Shown here: positions 48,023 to 58,325 of the stretch, piece by piece
How positions within the stretch are numbered: the first letter of the stretch is position 1
How the letters are laid out: each line of letters begins with the position of its first letter
Source of the DNA: Croceivirga sp.
GTDB taxonomy: Bacteria; Bacteroidota; Bacteroidia; Flavobacteriales; Flavobacteriaceae
Length of the DNA: 64,000 nucleotides
Assembly: GCA_028281025.1 (NCBI GenBank)
Contig: JANQKR010000034.1
Span: 9,848 to 73,847 of the forward strand
Reading direction: 5' to 3'
Notes under the pieces: generated by a model
The model's database searches: none
What the model was told of the DNA's origin: nothing
Seen by the model: the letters and a program-made list of their open reading frames with translations, nothing else
Made by a program: the position numbers and the translations under genes

Positions 48023-48911
48023 GCCCCTCTCCAAGATAGCCATAGGGATTTCCCCGCTCCCTCCCAACTTAGTACAGAGGGATGGAAATACTACTTCTGC
48101 TATAGGTTATCCTATTATGGTACTCCTTAGGCGATGTCTATTTCCCGTTTTCCTATTTCTTGTCTCCTATTTGGGATGGGGACAATTTCAAATTCCGTCC
48201 AAACCGGACAAGGAAACCAGTGTGTACGATTATGTAACGCTTTTAAATGCCGCTGAAAAAAAGCAGTTGGAGCAAAAACTTATCCGATATTCCGATAGCA
48301 CCTCCACACAGATCGTAGTGGCCATTATTAGCTCAACGGAAGGGGAAAACATCAACTTCCTGGGTGCACAATGGGGCCAAAAGTGGGGAATAGGGCAAGC
48401 AGACGAGGATAACGGCATCCTTATTTTGTTGGCAAAGGACGATCGGAGAATTGCCATTAATACGGGCTATGGCGTAGAAGAATTCCTAACGGATTTCATG
48501 AGCAAACGTATTATTGAACAAGTTATCATCCCAGAATTTAAACAAGGGGATTATTATGGGGGACTGGATGCTGGTACGGACGCCATTTTTCAGGTATTGA
48601 CAGGCCAGTTCAAGGAAGACCGGACTTTTGGCAATGGCCGGGAATTTCCATTGAAGTCCGTTTTGCCCTTCATCGTTTTCCTGGTCATATTCTTGATTTT
48701 GGCCAGCCGTAAAAACAAAGGTGGGCGAAACAACCGAGGCGGACGAGGCGGCAGGGGATTGGATATTTGGGATATGATCATTTTGAGCAATATGGGCAGA
48801 GGCGGCTACAAAGGCGGATCTTCAGGAGGTGGTTTTGGTTCCGGCGGAGGCTTTGGTGGAGGCTTTGGAGGCGGTGGTTTTGGAGGCGGCGGCGCCTCTG
48901 GGGGTTGGTAA
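48000..48911 (+). CDS. TPM domain protein with TM helix and Gly-rich tail (start at 48003 or 48117)
   Basis: TSTQIVV, WGIGQ...DNGILIL, INTGYG.E and GGGFGGGGASGGW. Confidence 0.92.
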   Translation: MMQFQKARPLSKIAIGISPLPPNLVQRDGNTTSAIGYPIMVLLRRCLFPVFLFLVSYLGWGQFQIPSKPDKETSVYDYVTLLNAAEKKQLEQKLIRYSDSTSTQIVVAIISSTEGENINFLGAQWGQKWGIGQADEDNGILILLAKDDRRIAINTGYGVEEFLTDFMSKRIIEQVIIPEFKQGDYYGGLDAGTDAIFQVLTGQFKEDRTFGNGREFPLKSVLPFIVFLVIFLILASRKNKGGRNNRGGRGGRGLDIWDMIILSNMGRGGYKGGSSGGGFGSGGGFGGGFGGGGFGGGGASGGW

Positions 48912-48985
48912 CTTCAAATAAAAAGCGGTGCTTGCTGGTCCCATTGCCAAAACCAGAACACTCCAGCCAAAATTGGAAAACGATA

Positions 48986-49417
48986 CTATTGTGCTGCTGA
49001 TAGGGCAGGTTTACGATAGAAAATCTTATTGACAATTTTCCACTCCCCATCAATTTTAAGGAGGTTCATAAAATCAATGAAGGAAAAGGTGGGATACTCT
49101 ATTTCCAATCGTGCGTTGGCCGCATGTCCGGAAATTGTGATGTCCGCTATTTTTGTTGTTCGATTTTGTTTGGGTTTGGAGGCATCCATTCCCGAAAAAA
49201 ATTCAAGGGCATTCACCTCCTTATACCCATCTTTGGTAATATATTTCATGGTGGCGGTTTCATGAAAAGCCTTCTTTAAGGTCTCGTAATCATTATTGGT
49301 CCCCCCTTCCAGATAGTAATTAACGGTTTTGGCCACTAATTGATAATCGGATTCCTGGGCAACCGTGAATGCCATGGAAAAAATTGTAATGAGGAATAAA
49401 AGGACTGTTCGTTTCAT
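48986..49417 (-). CDS. NTF2-like (lumazine-binding-2 type) secreted protein
   Basis: LKKAFHE.A and FIDFMNLLKIDGEWKIVNK. Confidence 0.85.
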   Translation of the reverse strand: MKRTVLLFLITIFSMAFTVAQESDYQLVAKTVNYYLEGGTNNDYETLKKAFHETATMKYITKDGYKEVNALEFFSGMDASKPKQNRTTKIADITISGHAANARLEIEYPTFSFIDFMNLLKIDGEWKIVNKIFYRKPALSAAQ

Positions 49418-49505
49418 GATGGATAGGTTTTTGTTCCTTTAAAATTAAAAAAGTGTACTGGAGGGAACTATTAAAGGAATGATAAAGTTCAGCTATTGAT
49501 TTCTT

Positions 49506-51818
49506 TTATTCCTCCGTCAATTCTATCCTTTTTGAAAGGGATGTCAACGTACCATCCACCCCCATACCTTCAATATGCAGAATCACCCTGTTTTGACCGA
49601 GCACTGGAATTGTAAATGAGGTCGGGACTTCAGAATCCACATTAATATTTGCTTTCCAATCCAAAGTACCATAGTTCCTAAAAACAGCGCTGGCATAGTC
49701 CGGATAATTAGCAGCAAAATACGCTTGGGGTTGGGCATATCCCTTTTCAATGGCAAATTTTATAAACTTGTCCCGCTTTTCAGGAGATATGTAATTTTGG
49801 TTTAGGGCAATTGATACAAAAGCATCTGGAGGTGTCTTGCTATAGGTAACATACTTTACATCCTTTAATGCCATCCCCATTATTTCATTGGCATTAGCAA
49901 ACGAACCTTCAACATAAAGGGGTACTGGTCTTAATCCGCCGTACTTCATTATGGCCAGGTTAAAGGAACCTCCATCGGAACTAATACCAAATCCTAGTCC
50001 GGCTAAAAAGTTTACCAATGATCTGTGTCTCTCAATTTCTTCATCACCTATGAACCTACCTAGGGTAGTTGGAGAAAAATCAATTATCTTATTTTCCTCC
50101 TTTTTATCTGAAACGGTCACCTCACTCAAAGCAATGGTGCGCTCGTCAAGGTTCAGTGTTTGATCAAAAGTAACTTCTTCAACACCCTTAGTTTCATTTT
50201 CCAGGGTTTCCTTTGCGAGCCAGGTATTTACCCCCTCCCCGGCCTCTTCTAAACTTTTACCGATCTTAACCGTTGCCTCTGGTTTCCTCAGGTTGCCCCT
50301 TGCACCAAGAAGACTGAAGCTTATGGAATCGCCCTCAAAAAGGGGCATGCTGTGTCCAAAAGAAGCATCGCTTCTTAAATCCACATAATCCATGGTTTTT
50401 GAAAGACCGGTGTACAGCACAAGCTGCCGTTCAATACCCAAGCGGGCATCAGTAATCCTTCCGGAGAAGGGAATACCCTTTTCCAGTTCAAAATCTACTT
50501 TAACCTCTTCAAGTTTCCGTGAATTCCAATCGTATTTCCCCCAACCTTCTATCAACAGCCGTTTGTCCAATTCAAATCGCCTTTGCCTATCCTGCACTTC
50601 AAAATAATATCGGTCTTGAATGCTTTCATTGACATAGGGATGAACCAAAAATGAAGAGATGATGGAATGATCTGGGGTGTAAGCCCTACTTGAACCGGGC
50701 AGTGCCGATAAACTAAGGTTAGCGCTTTGTTCCACTCCATTGGGCAGCATTAAATCCACCTGAATGGAATCCCTGAATGCTGTCTGGCAATGTTCAATTT
50801 CCACCTTACCCCCAAAAACAGCTTCTCGATGGTTGAAGAACATCCTGCGGGCAATTGGTTCCAGACTATTATTAAAGAGTACGGCCGTAAGGACGCCATG
50901 TGGCATCTGATTGCGGTCAAACCAAATTTTGGGTTCGTCCCCATTTACCTCAAAGTCCTCTAGACCAATAAAATCATCCTGATAAACCGCTAAGGTATAG
51001 GCTTTCCCATCTTCTATAGTAAAAAGGCTTTTTGAACCCACCATGACCATTAAAACCTTATCCACATCTTTGTTATCCACACTGATTCCGAATTCGTTGT
51101 TCACAGCTTCTGGCAGCTTTTCCCTAATAAGGTTCCCATCAAAACCGGTCATTTGAACGTAGTAAACGTGGCCAGGTTCAACATGGAAGCCTATCTTACC
51201 CATACCAAAACGATTGGTAGCTACCTTTTTACGGACTATTTGGCCATTTCCATCGACCAGCTCCAGGTTTTTGACCGATATCCCTTGGCCCAGACCATTG
51301 CTCACCAATAGGCCCACTTGGTTGTACGCCCCTGTTATCAGTTGCCCTCCTTCGGGGTATATGGAAATCTTTATAGCTCCTGTTTGCAAATCCTCTTCCT
51401 CTGCGTCATTCCGTAACACACGAATGTTCTGCCGATAGGGGTGTAACTCCTTAAAATTGCGCATATAATTGGTCCATGCCAGTACCGTATATGCTGTACC
51501 GGTTAAGGAGGAGTCAATGGCAAAATCACCCTGGGCCATGCCATTTTCCACATAAAAGAGTTTCCTTTTCAGCTCTTTTCCCGTACCGTCAAAAATCCCT
51601 ACATGCAAATTTGATGTGAAAAATGAAGGTAGTTTGCTCCTTTGATTCCGTACATAGGCCTTAAACCATAACCGTTCCCCCTGCAAGAAAGTGGTCTTGT
51701 TCAAATGGAGATGGATATTCTCCATTGACCCAATGGAATCCTTTTGAACATCCGCCTGTTGTCCATTGGCGAAAAATATTGAACCCAAAAAGAAAATAAA
51801 GAGTAGTTCTTTTCCCAT
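49506..51818 (-). CDS. Secreted MG2-like domain protein with TonB-plug-like C-terminal region and no beta-barrel
   Basis: IHLHLNK..F..GE.LWFKAYV, YPEGGQL..G, LSEVTV and IEGM...G. Confidence 0.75.
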   Translation of the reverse strand: MGKELLFIFFLGSIFFANGQQADVQKDSIGSMENIHLHLNKTTFLQGERLWFKAYVRNQRSKLPSFFTSNLHVGIFDGTGKELKRKLFYVENGMAQGDFAIDSSLTGTAYTVLAWTNYMRNFKELHPYRQNIRVLRNDAEEEDLQTGAIKISIYPEGGQLITGAYNQVGLLVSNGLGQGISVKNLELVDGNGQIVRKKVATNRFGMGKIGFHVEPGHVYYVQMTGFDGNLIREKLPEAVNNEFGISVDNKDVDKVLMVMVGSKSLFTIEDGKAYTLAVYQDDFIGLEDFEVNGDEPKIWFDRNQMPHGVLTAVLFNNSLEPIARRMFFNHREAVFGGKVEIEHCQTAFRDSIQVDLMLPNGVEQSANLSLSALPGSSRAYTPDHSIISSFLVHPYVNESIQDRYYFEVQDRQRRFELDKRLLIEGWGKYDWNSRKLEEVKVDFELEKGIPFSGRITDARLGIERQLVLYTGLSKTMDYVDLRSDASFGHSMPLFEGDSISFSLLGARGNLRKPEATVKIGKSLEEAGEGVNTWLAKETLENETKGVEEVTFDQTLNLDERTIALSEVTVSDKKEENKIIDFSPTTLGRFIGDEEIERHRSLVNFLAGLGFGISSDGGSFNLAIMKYGGLRPVPLYVEGSFANANEIMGMALKDVKYVTYSKTPPDAFVSIALNQNYISPEKRDKFIKFAIEKGYAQPQAYFAANYPDYASAVFRNYGTLDWKANINVDSEVPTSFTIPVLGQNRVILHIEGMGVDGTLTSLSKRIELTEE

Positions 51819-52007
51819 TGATCAATGAAGTTCGACACAATGAAAAATATCAAAAAATACCCCGCTTTACTAGCACTTTTAGATAGAATTAGCACTTTTC
51901 CAGCAATTTCTAAGACGAATAGTCCAGTTAACAAGCGTAAATGCCTTTTATGCTTGACACCATTTTCCGCTTCTTTAGCATCCGTGGATTTATGGCAATA
52001 AAAAGGC

Positions 52008-53309
52008 CTATTTCTTTCGAAGAAACACAGTTATCGGTACCCCTGTAAAATCAAAATGTTTGCGGATCTGGTTTTCCAAAAAACGTTTGTACGGTTCCCG
52101 CACATATTGGGGCAGATTACAGAAAAATGCAAATTGGGGATAAGGGGTGGGCAACTGGGTACAAAACTTGATCTTTACATACTTCCCCTTATAGGCTGGA
52201 GGTGGATTTTTCTCAATAATGGGAAGCATAACATCATTGAATTCCCGTGTTTTTATTTTCCTGCTCCGGTTTTGATAAACCTCCACTGCGGTTTCAATGG
52301 CCTTAAAAATCCGTTGTTTGTTCAGCACCGAAATGAAAACAATGGGGACATCATCAAACGGTTCCAATTGTTTTCTGATCTTTTGGGAGTATTCCTTTAC
52401 CGAATTCGTCTCCTTTTCCACCAAATCCCATTTATTGACCAAAATGACCACGCCCTTATGATTCCGTTCCGCCAGCCAAAAGATGTTCTGTACCTGGCCA
52501 TCAAATCCCCGGGTGGCATCAAATAGCAAAATACAGACATCGCAGTATTCTATGGAACGTACGGAACGCATTACGGAATAAAACTCCAAATCTTCCTTTA
52601 CTTTGGCTTTTCTGCGTATGCCAGCGGTATCCACTAAATTAAATTCGAATCCAAACCGATTGTATTTGGTATCGATACTGTCCCGGGTTGTTCCGGCAAT
52701 ATCGGTGACAATGTACCGGTCTTCACCGATCAGCGCATTGATAAAGGAAGATTTCCCGGCATTGGGTCGGCCCACAACGGCAAAACGGGGCAGTTCTGCC
52801 TCTTCTTCGGCCTTTTCCGGAAGTACTTTGACCAAGGCGTCCAACAGTTCCCCCGTTCCACTGCCATTGATACTGGAAAGGGTATAATATTCGCCAAGTC
52901 CCAGGGCGTAGAACTCCACGGCATCGGCTGCTCGCTGTGCATTATCCACTTTGTTCACCGCCAGAAAAGTAGGTTTGTCCACCCTCCGCAATAAATTGGC
53001 CACATCCTCATCCATTCCGGTTACCCCGGATTCCACATCTACCATAAAAATTATGGCATCGGCTTCGTCAATGGCCAATTCCACCTGCTTGTCTATTTCC
53101 TGCTCAAAAATATCATCGCTTCCCACAACATACCCTCCGGTATCAATAACGGAAAACTCTTTTCCGTTCCAATCGCTCTTCCCATAATGTCTGTCCCGGG
53201 TAACCCCACTGACGGCATCTACAATGGCTTCCCTTTTCTGGATCAAGCGATTGAAAAACGTAGACTTTCCCACATTTGGCCTTCCTACTATGGCGACAAT
53301 GCCTCCCAT
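52008..53309 (-). CDS. der: Ribosome biogenesis GTPase Der
   Basis: Two GRPN[VA]GKS G-domains, DTGG/DTAG and NKVD/NKWD. Confidence 0.98.
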   Translation of the reverse strand: MGGIVAIVGRPNVGKSTFFNRLIQKREAIVDAVSGVTRDRHYGKSDWNGKEFSVIDTGGYVVGSDDIFEQEIDKQVELAIDEADAIIFMVDVESGVTGMDEDVANLLRRVDKPTFLAVNKVDNAQRAADAVEFYALGLGEYYTLSSINGSGTGELLDALVKVLPEKAEEEAELPRFAVVGRPNAGKSSFINALIGEDRYIVTDIAGTTRDSIDTKYNRFGFEFNLVDTAGIRRKAKVKEDLEFYSVMRSVRSIEYCDVCILLFDATRGFDGQVQNIFWLAERNHKGVVILVNKWDLVEKETNSVKEYSQKIRKQLEPFDDVPIVFISVLNKQRIFKAIETAVEVYQNRSRKIKTREFNDVMLPIIEKNPPPAYKGKYVKIKFCTQLPTPYPQFAFFCNLPQYVREPYKRFLENQIRKHFDFTGVPITVFLRKK

Positions 53310-53384
53310 GCCCTTAAATTTTGGCAAAAGTAGTATTATTTATAAAGAAAAATGGATACCTTTTCGAGGCTTAACCCATAAATA

Positions 53385-53897
53385 ATGAGCGAACTGGTCA
53401 ACGAAATTGTTCTTAGGCCACGGTTCGATATTAGATTGTATACCGATCCGGACACCCTAAAGGCTGCTTTTGATATTCAGCCCAAAGATCCCTTTTTGCT
53501 CAAACGGATCGATGAACACGTTTATATTCGATTCAAAAAAGAGAAAACCACTTTTTGGTCACCGCAGTTGCATCTGGAAATTAGTTCCTTTAGCCCCCAA
53601 AAAAGCACGATCCATGGGGTTTTTGGACCCAATCCTACCTTGTGGACCTTCTTTATGTTCCTTCATTTTGGTGTCGCCACCACATTTATCATCATGGGCA
53701 TTTTCGCCTATTCCAAACATTCACTGGGTCACGATATTACGCTATGGCTGATTGGAATGGGCTTTTTGGTGGTCATATGGTTTACACTGTACGCCTTTGG
53801 AAGGTTGGGCAAAGCCAAGGGAAAACCACAGATGCAACAATTGCGAAAATATGCCGATGAATTGTTTATTGGTATACAAAAAGAACACGGTCAATGA
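53385..53897 (+). CDS. Conserved hypothetical 2-TM protein
   Basis: LRPRF, WSPQL.LEI and FGPNPTLWT.FMF. Confidence 0.8.
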   Translation: MSELVNEIVLRPRFDIRLYTDPDTLKAAFDIQPKDPFLLKRIDEHVYIRFKKEKTTFWSPQLHLEISSFSPQKSTIHGVFGPNPTLWTFFMFLHFGVATTFIIMGIFAYSKHSLGHDITLWLIGMGFLVVIWFTLYAFGRLGKAKGKPQMQQLRKYADELFIGIQKEHGQ

Positions 53898-53941
53898 CCG
53901 TGCCCAATGAAACTTAATCTAATTATGAAGCAAAACTTTTT

Positions 53942-55474
53942 TTAATTTTCATAAATGGTCACCGTACCGCTCACCTCATTGCTTACAACCAGTAAGTCTT
54001 TTCCCGTAGGACTATCATCGGCACTTATGGCCAATACTCCTTCGGGACCAACGTCACCTTCCGTTGAAAGAATCTGAATAAATTCGGGATAGGATGGATC
54101 GGAAATGTCATATACCATAATCTGATTGTTCCTTTCAAGTCCGAGAAACAAGATTTGCCTGCCTCCTATTTCCTGGATGGTAACCGCCTCCGGTTCTGCA
54201 CCTTTATCATCACTTCTCCCATCATCACCATTAAAAACATCCGGAGTCAATTCCAATGTTCTGGAAGCTATGTCATTGCCACTGTCATATATCAGTTGCC
54301 CTGTACCTGACCAAATCGTAAAAGAACGTGCACCAAAGCTGTATAGTTCATCAAAATCACCATCATCATCAATATCCCCTTGAACCAAGGTCAGTTTCAA
54401 CCTTCCCAGGTTGGCATCATCCTGTAGTTCGGCAGCGTTGGGAAATACTGTCGGGTCCAGCACTACGTCCTTAATCCTGTCTTCTTCAACAAAACCGGGG
54501 TCCCCCTCATACTCCCTGGCGTCACCCTCATTTGCCGTTACCACGTAATCCATTCCGTTGACTTTGTAGTACGCAATAGCGTCTGGCTGATACATTCCAA
54601 AGACCGGAACACTGCGCAACGCCTTTACACCATCCCGGTCACTTGGGTCGATCTCATTGCCCGGAACGGAATAATCTTTATATCCCAATGGAACAATGTC
54701 GGTAATTTGTTTGTTGACCAAATCAACTACGGCAACACCATTGTTTTCTTGAAGGGAGACCCATGCCGTCTTGGAGTTATCTGAAATTGCAACATATTCC
54801 GGTTCCACATCCATGGATAAAGTGGCACCAGGGCCAAAAATACGGAGTCCCTTCCCCTGTAAGCTTTCCTTTTGACCATTAAATGACTCAAAGTCCAAAT
54901 TATAGGTATCCCCCGATGCAACATTAATGATGCTGACCATTCCCTTTGGGTCCACGGTATAATCATCATTGGGTTCACCTTCATTGGCAACAACCACATA
55001 TTTCCCATTTGGTGTAAAGGCAACCATATCCGGTAAAGCACCAACATTGGCCGCATATAAAAACTCCAACGTTTCGGTGTCATAAAACTTAATAAAACCA
55101 TTGTCTTGTTTCACCATACTCTCCACTGCAACAGCCAAGGTCCCATTTTTCACACTAACACTATTGGGTGCCCCAGCACCGTTCAAACCCAAATCTGTCA
55201 CAGGCATTGGGCTATGTACATCTGAAAGGTCGTATACTGAGATCACGTCCTTTTCCACATTGACCGTAAACAGTCTTTGGGTCTTGGCATCAAAAGCGGA
55301 TATTTCCGCCGCACCTTCACCACCAACCGTAAAGGTGGAAATCTGTTTAAAATCAATAGTAGTGCTTCCTTCACCACCATTGCCGCCTTCCCCAATAAAA
55401 TCGTCCAAGTATTCACAAGAAAAAAGGGAAAGTAAGAGCGCTAAAGAGAGTAGAGGTATTGTAGTCTTTTTCAT
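53942..55474 (-). CDS. Choice-of-anchor I family beta-propeller lipoprotein
   Basis: Lipobox LFSC; GAAEISAFD, GALPDMV.F, ANEGEP, MYQPD, GARSFTIW and GAEPE. Confidence 0.88.
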   Translation of the reverse strand: MKKTTIPLLSLALLLSLFSCEYLDDFIGEGGNGGEGSTTIDFKQISTFTVGGEGAAEISAFDAKTQRLFTVNVEKDVISVYDLSDVHSPMPVTDLGLNGAGAPNSVSVKNGTLAVAVESMVKQDNGFIKFYDTETLEFLYAANVGALPDMVAFTPNGKYVVVANEGEPNDDYTVDPKGMVSIINVASGDTYNLDFESFNGQKESLQGKGLRIFGPGATLSMDVEPEYVAISDNSKTAWVSLQENNGVAVVDLVNKQITDIVPLGYKDYSVPGNEIDPSDRDGVKALRSVPVFGMYQPDAIAYYKVNGMDYVVTANEGDAREYEGDPGFVEEDRIKDVVLDPTVFPNAAELQDDANLGRLKLTLVQGDIDDDGDFDELYSFGARSFTIWSGTGQLIYDSGNDIASRTLELTPDVFNGDDGRSDDKGAEPEAVTIQEIGGRQILFLGLERNNQIMVYDISDPSYPEFIQILSTEGDVGPEGVLAISADDSPTGKDLLVVSNEVSGTVTIYEN

Positions 55475-55549
55475 TTTGTTTGGTTTATTTTGCTTTGGAA
55501 GTTCCCAAACTAAAATGAAATAGATGTTAATGAAAAGGCAAAAAAACTT

Positions 55550-56437
55550 TTAGTTATTGTAACCAAACCGTTTTAATTGATTGCTGTTGGAACGCCAGTT
55601 CTTGTTGACTTTTACGTACAGCTCAATATGGACCTGTTTTCCAAAGAATTTTTCCAAATCTTCCCGGGCCCCAACGCCCACTTTCTTAAGGGCGCTACCT
55701 TTATGTCCAATAATGATCCCCTTTTGGGAGTCCCGTTCCACCATGATAATGGAGCGGATCCTAATGATCTGTTCGTCCTCCAAAAATTCCTCGGTCTCCA
55801 CTTCCACGGAATAGGGAATCTCTTTTTTGTAATGCAATAGAATTTTTTCCCTTATGGCTTCATTGACAAAAAAGCGTTCGGGTTTATCGGTGAATTGATC
55901 CTTGGGAAAATAGGGAGGCCCCTCTGGAAGCAATTCCAAAATCCGCTTAAAGACTTCTTCCACATTGAAGTTTTCCAAAGCGGAAATTGGATGTATTTCG
56001 GCATGGGGCAACTGTTCCTTCCAAAAAGTTACCTGCGCTTCCAAAATCTGTTGTTCCGAAGTGTCAATTTTATTCAGGAGCAACAACACCGGAATGGATG
56101 TATTCCTGATTTTTTGGAAAAAATCGGCGTCCTTTAACCCCTTTTCCCCAATTTCGACCATATACAAAAGCACATCGGCATCTTCCAAAGCGGATTTCAC
56201 AAAATTCATCATGGACTGCTGTAGCTCATAGGCCGGTTTAATAATCCCGGGGGTATCCGAAAAAACCACTTGAAAATCCTCCCCATTGACAATTCCAAAG
56301 ATGCGATGGCGTGTTGTTTGCGCTTTGGAGGTGATAATGGAGAGCTTTTCCCCCACCAAAGCATTCATTAAAGTGGATTTTCCAACATTGGGGTTTCCAA
56401 TAATGTTTACAAAACCGGATTTATGGGTCTTTTCCAT
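55550..56437 (-). CDS. era: GTPase Era (true start MEKTHKSG)
   Basis: GNPNVGKST, QTTR, DTPG, NKID and KH-domain GIIIG..G. Confidence 0.98.
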   Translation of the reverse strand: MEKTHKSGFVNIIGNPNVGKSTLMNALVGEKLSIITSKAQTTRHRIFGIVNGEDFQVVFSDTPGIIKPAYELQQSMMNFVKSALEDADVLLYMVEIGEKGLKDADFFQKIRNTSIPVLLLLNKIDTSEQQILEAQVTFWKEQLPHAEIHPISALENFNVEEVFKRILELLPEGPPYFPKDQFTDKPERFFVNEAIREKILLHYKKEIPYSVEVETEEFLEDEQIIRIRSIIMVERDSQKGIIIGHKGSALKKVGVGAREDLEKFFGKQVHIELYVKVNKNWRSNSNQLKRFGYNN

Positions 56438-56545
56438 AAAAGCAAAGCTACAAACAAAAAAGGGCCGGATAAACCGACCCTTTCCAATTAAAGTACCAAC
56501 GGAAATTCCCCCAAATCCATTGGACATGATGGTATCGAATTCCAT

Positions 56546-56586
56546 TTGAAAAGTCATCACAAAATTTAGGTGATGACAATTTTCAA
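56546..56586. promoter_or_regulatory. Operator-like inverted repeat upstream of the lipoprotein cluster
   Basis: TTGAAAAGTCATCAC-N9-GTGATGAC(AA)TTTTCAA. Confidence 0.55.
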
Positions 56587-56615
56587 TACCCTCGATATAC
56601 CCTAAAAACAACATC

Positions 56616-57836
56616 ATGAAATCAACGATTGTCCTTTCCATTTTCCTGGCCCTCTCCCTTTGTTCCTGTATGGGGAGACAAGAACACCAAGGTGAAAACC
56701 AATATCACGGGGATTCCCTGAAATATGAAGCTGCGTATGGCGAAGCCATCCCAGGACATACTACCTTTCCAGAGGCAGAAAAACAGGGTTTTTTTGATCG
56801 GTTCAACACTACATCCCCAAAAACCCACACTTTTAGGGATGCCAGAACCGGATTAGTGGTACAAACCAGTGATTATCCCAGTGATTGGAAGGTTATTTCC
56901 AAACCACTGTACACCTTCGATCAAAAACTACCCAATTTTCTCGTTCAGGTTGAAGGTCCAAACAACCTGAAACATTTCAATACCCCCTTTAAATTTTATT
57001 TCACTTTCAGCAATCCCCAGATGAACCAGTATGTCTCTTCTCCCATGAATCAGATGTTAAGGCCTATTGTGGGGAACCAGCAAATACATCAGGAAGAAGT
57101 CGCTCCACGAATGCAACGCAGCGGATTTACATACGTAGGAACCAAAGCCATGCCCAGGGAGGAAGCCTATGCCAGAAAAATACTGAAGGACAAAGGAACC
57201 GGGCAAGAACAATTGGAAATCGTAAACACCGAATGGAAAAGCGAAACTGGGCAACGCGCTTTGGCCACCATTGTCAAAGTCGCATTGCAGCAACCCATTT
57301 CACAACAGGACTACGTGATGGTATGGTTTTATGGTGTGGCGTACACTTTTGTGGACGGCCGCCACTTTGAACAGACCCTGGACGACCTTTATGCCTCTGC
57401 GACAAGCACAAAATTCAATCCCCAATGGGAGCAGTACGTTACGCAATTGGCCCAACAACGACAACGGGAACAAGCCAGAAAATCCGCTATGGACCATCAA
57501 AACCGAATGAATGCGAGATGGGCTTCCTTTAATGCCCATCAACAAAAAATGAAAGGTATTTGGGCGGCCCAGGATGCCAATCATGCCTCCTTTATGAATA
57601 GAAATTTTGGCCCTGGAAGTGATATTGGCCAAAAACAGTTTGTCAACATGATCAATGAGCAAGAGACGGTGTACAACCCGTTGACCGGCAAAAACTACCA
57701 GGTCAATGCAGGCTCTACTGAATATTGGATGGACAGTGAAGGCAATTACATCCAAAACAACGATCTGTTCTATACCCCAAATGGGGACATTAATCTTAAT
57801 AATCGCGAATGGGTAAAGGTGCAAAAAGCCTTTTGA
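56616..57836 (+). CDS. Hypothetical lipoprotein with Gln-rich helical C-terminal region
   Basis: Lipobox LCSC; 406-aa ORF. Confidence 0.8.
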   Translation: MKSTIVLSIFLALSLCSCMGRQEHQGENQYHGDSLKYEAAYGEAIPGHTTFPEAEKQGFFDRFNTTSPKTHTFRDARTGLVVQTSDYPSDWKVISKPLYTFDQKLPNFLVQVEGPNNLKHFNTPFKFYFTFSNPQMNQYVSSPMNQMLRPIVGNQQIHQEEVAPRMQRSGFTYVGTKAMPREEAYARKILKDKGTGQEQLEIVNTEWKSETGQRALATIVKVALQQPISQQDYVMVWFYGVAYTFVDGRHFEQTLDDLYASATSTKFNPQWEQYVTQLAQQRQREQARKSAMDHQNRMNARWASFNAHQQKMKGIWAAQDANHASFMNRNFGPGSDIGQKQFVNMINEQETVYNPLTGKNYQVNAGSTEYWMDSEGNYIQNNDLFYTPNGDINLNNREWVKVQKAF

Positions 57837-57897
57837 TGACAATTCATCTTTTTTTCGATAAACAAAAAAGAATAGAAAAACTTTAAATCAAAATCTT

Positions 57898-58278
57898 ATG
57901 AAAAACGTAGTTAAAATCACCTTGCTTTTGTTAACGATAGTTACATTTTCCTGCTCTTCCGACGACTCCAACGACAATGACGAACCGCTGGTATTTGTGG
58001 GGAGTTGGTCAGGAACTTTCTCGGGAGGGGACAGTGGTGTCTGGAGTGCTATTATTACCGAAGAGGGTACAGTAACTGGGGATGCATTTTCAAATACTGC
58101 GCAAGAAAGTCTTCCCTTAAATGGAACCATATCGACCGAGGGTTCATTTAGAGCTACTGCCGGAACGGCAGAGAATGGTGCAACGTTCAGTGGCACATTT
58201 ACGGTAGACTCTTCTTCCGGCACTTGGGAAAACAATGCCGATCAAATCTCCGGAACATGGATGGGTGCGAGAAACTAA
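57898..58278 (+). CDS. Small beta-rich lipoprotein
   Basis: Lipobox TFSC; GSWSGTF, GATFSGTF and SGTW strands. Confidence 0.82.
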   Translation: MKNVVKITLLLLTIVTFSCSSDDSNDNDEPLVFVGSWSGTFSGGDSGVWSAIITEEGTVTGDAFSNTAQESLPLNGTISTEGSFRATAGTAENGATFSGTFTVDSSSGTWENNADQISGTWMGARN

Positions 58279-58325
58279 ATCCGTAATAAAGCCTATAACT
58301 TTTTTGATTGGACAACCAAAAAATT

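Noticed and set aside
51871-51899. TAGCACTTTT direct repeat resembling a CIRCE half-site
   Set aside because: CIRCE is an inverted repeat with a 9-bp spacer; this is a direct repeat with a 19-bp period and no chaperone gene follows
52008-56437. era and der separated by two extra genes, as a possible insertion hotspot
   Set aside because: No att sites, repeats or compositional shift were seen, and synteny cannot be judged without other genomes
56458-56545. Possible tRNA remnant upstream of era (minus-strand terminator plus a TTCGA-containing stem)
   Set aside because: No acceptor, D or anticodon arms can be built
55550-56641. 68-aa N-terminal extension of Era in the ORF track
   Set aside because: A perfect TAGCTTTG promoter and a terminator-like hairpin lie inside the supposed extension; the real start is MEKTHKSG at 56437
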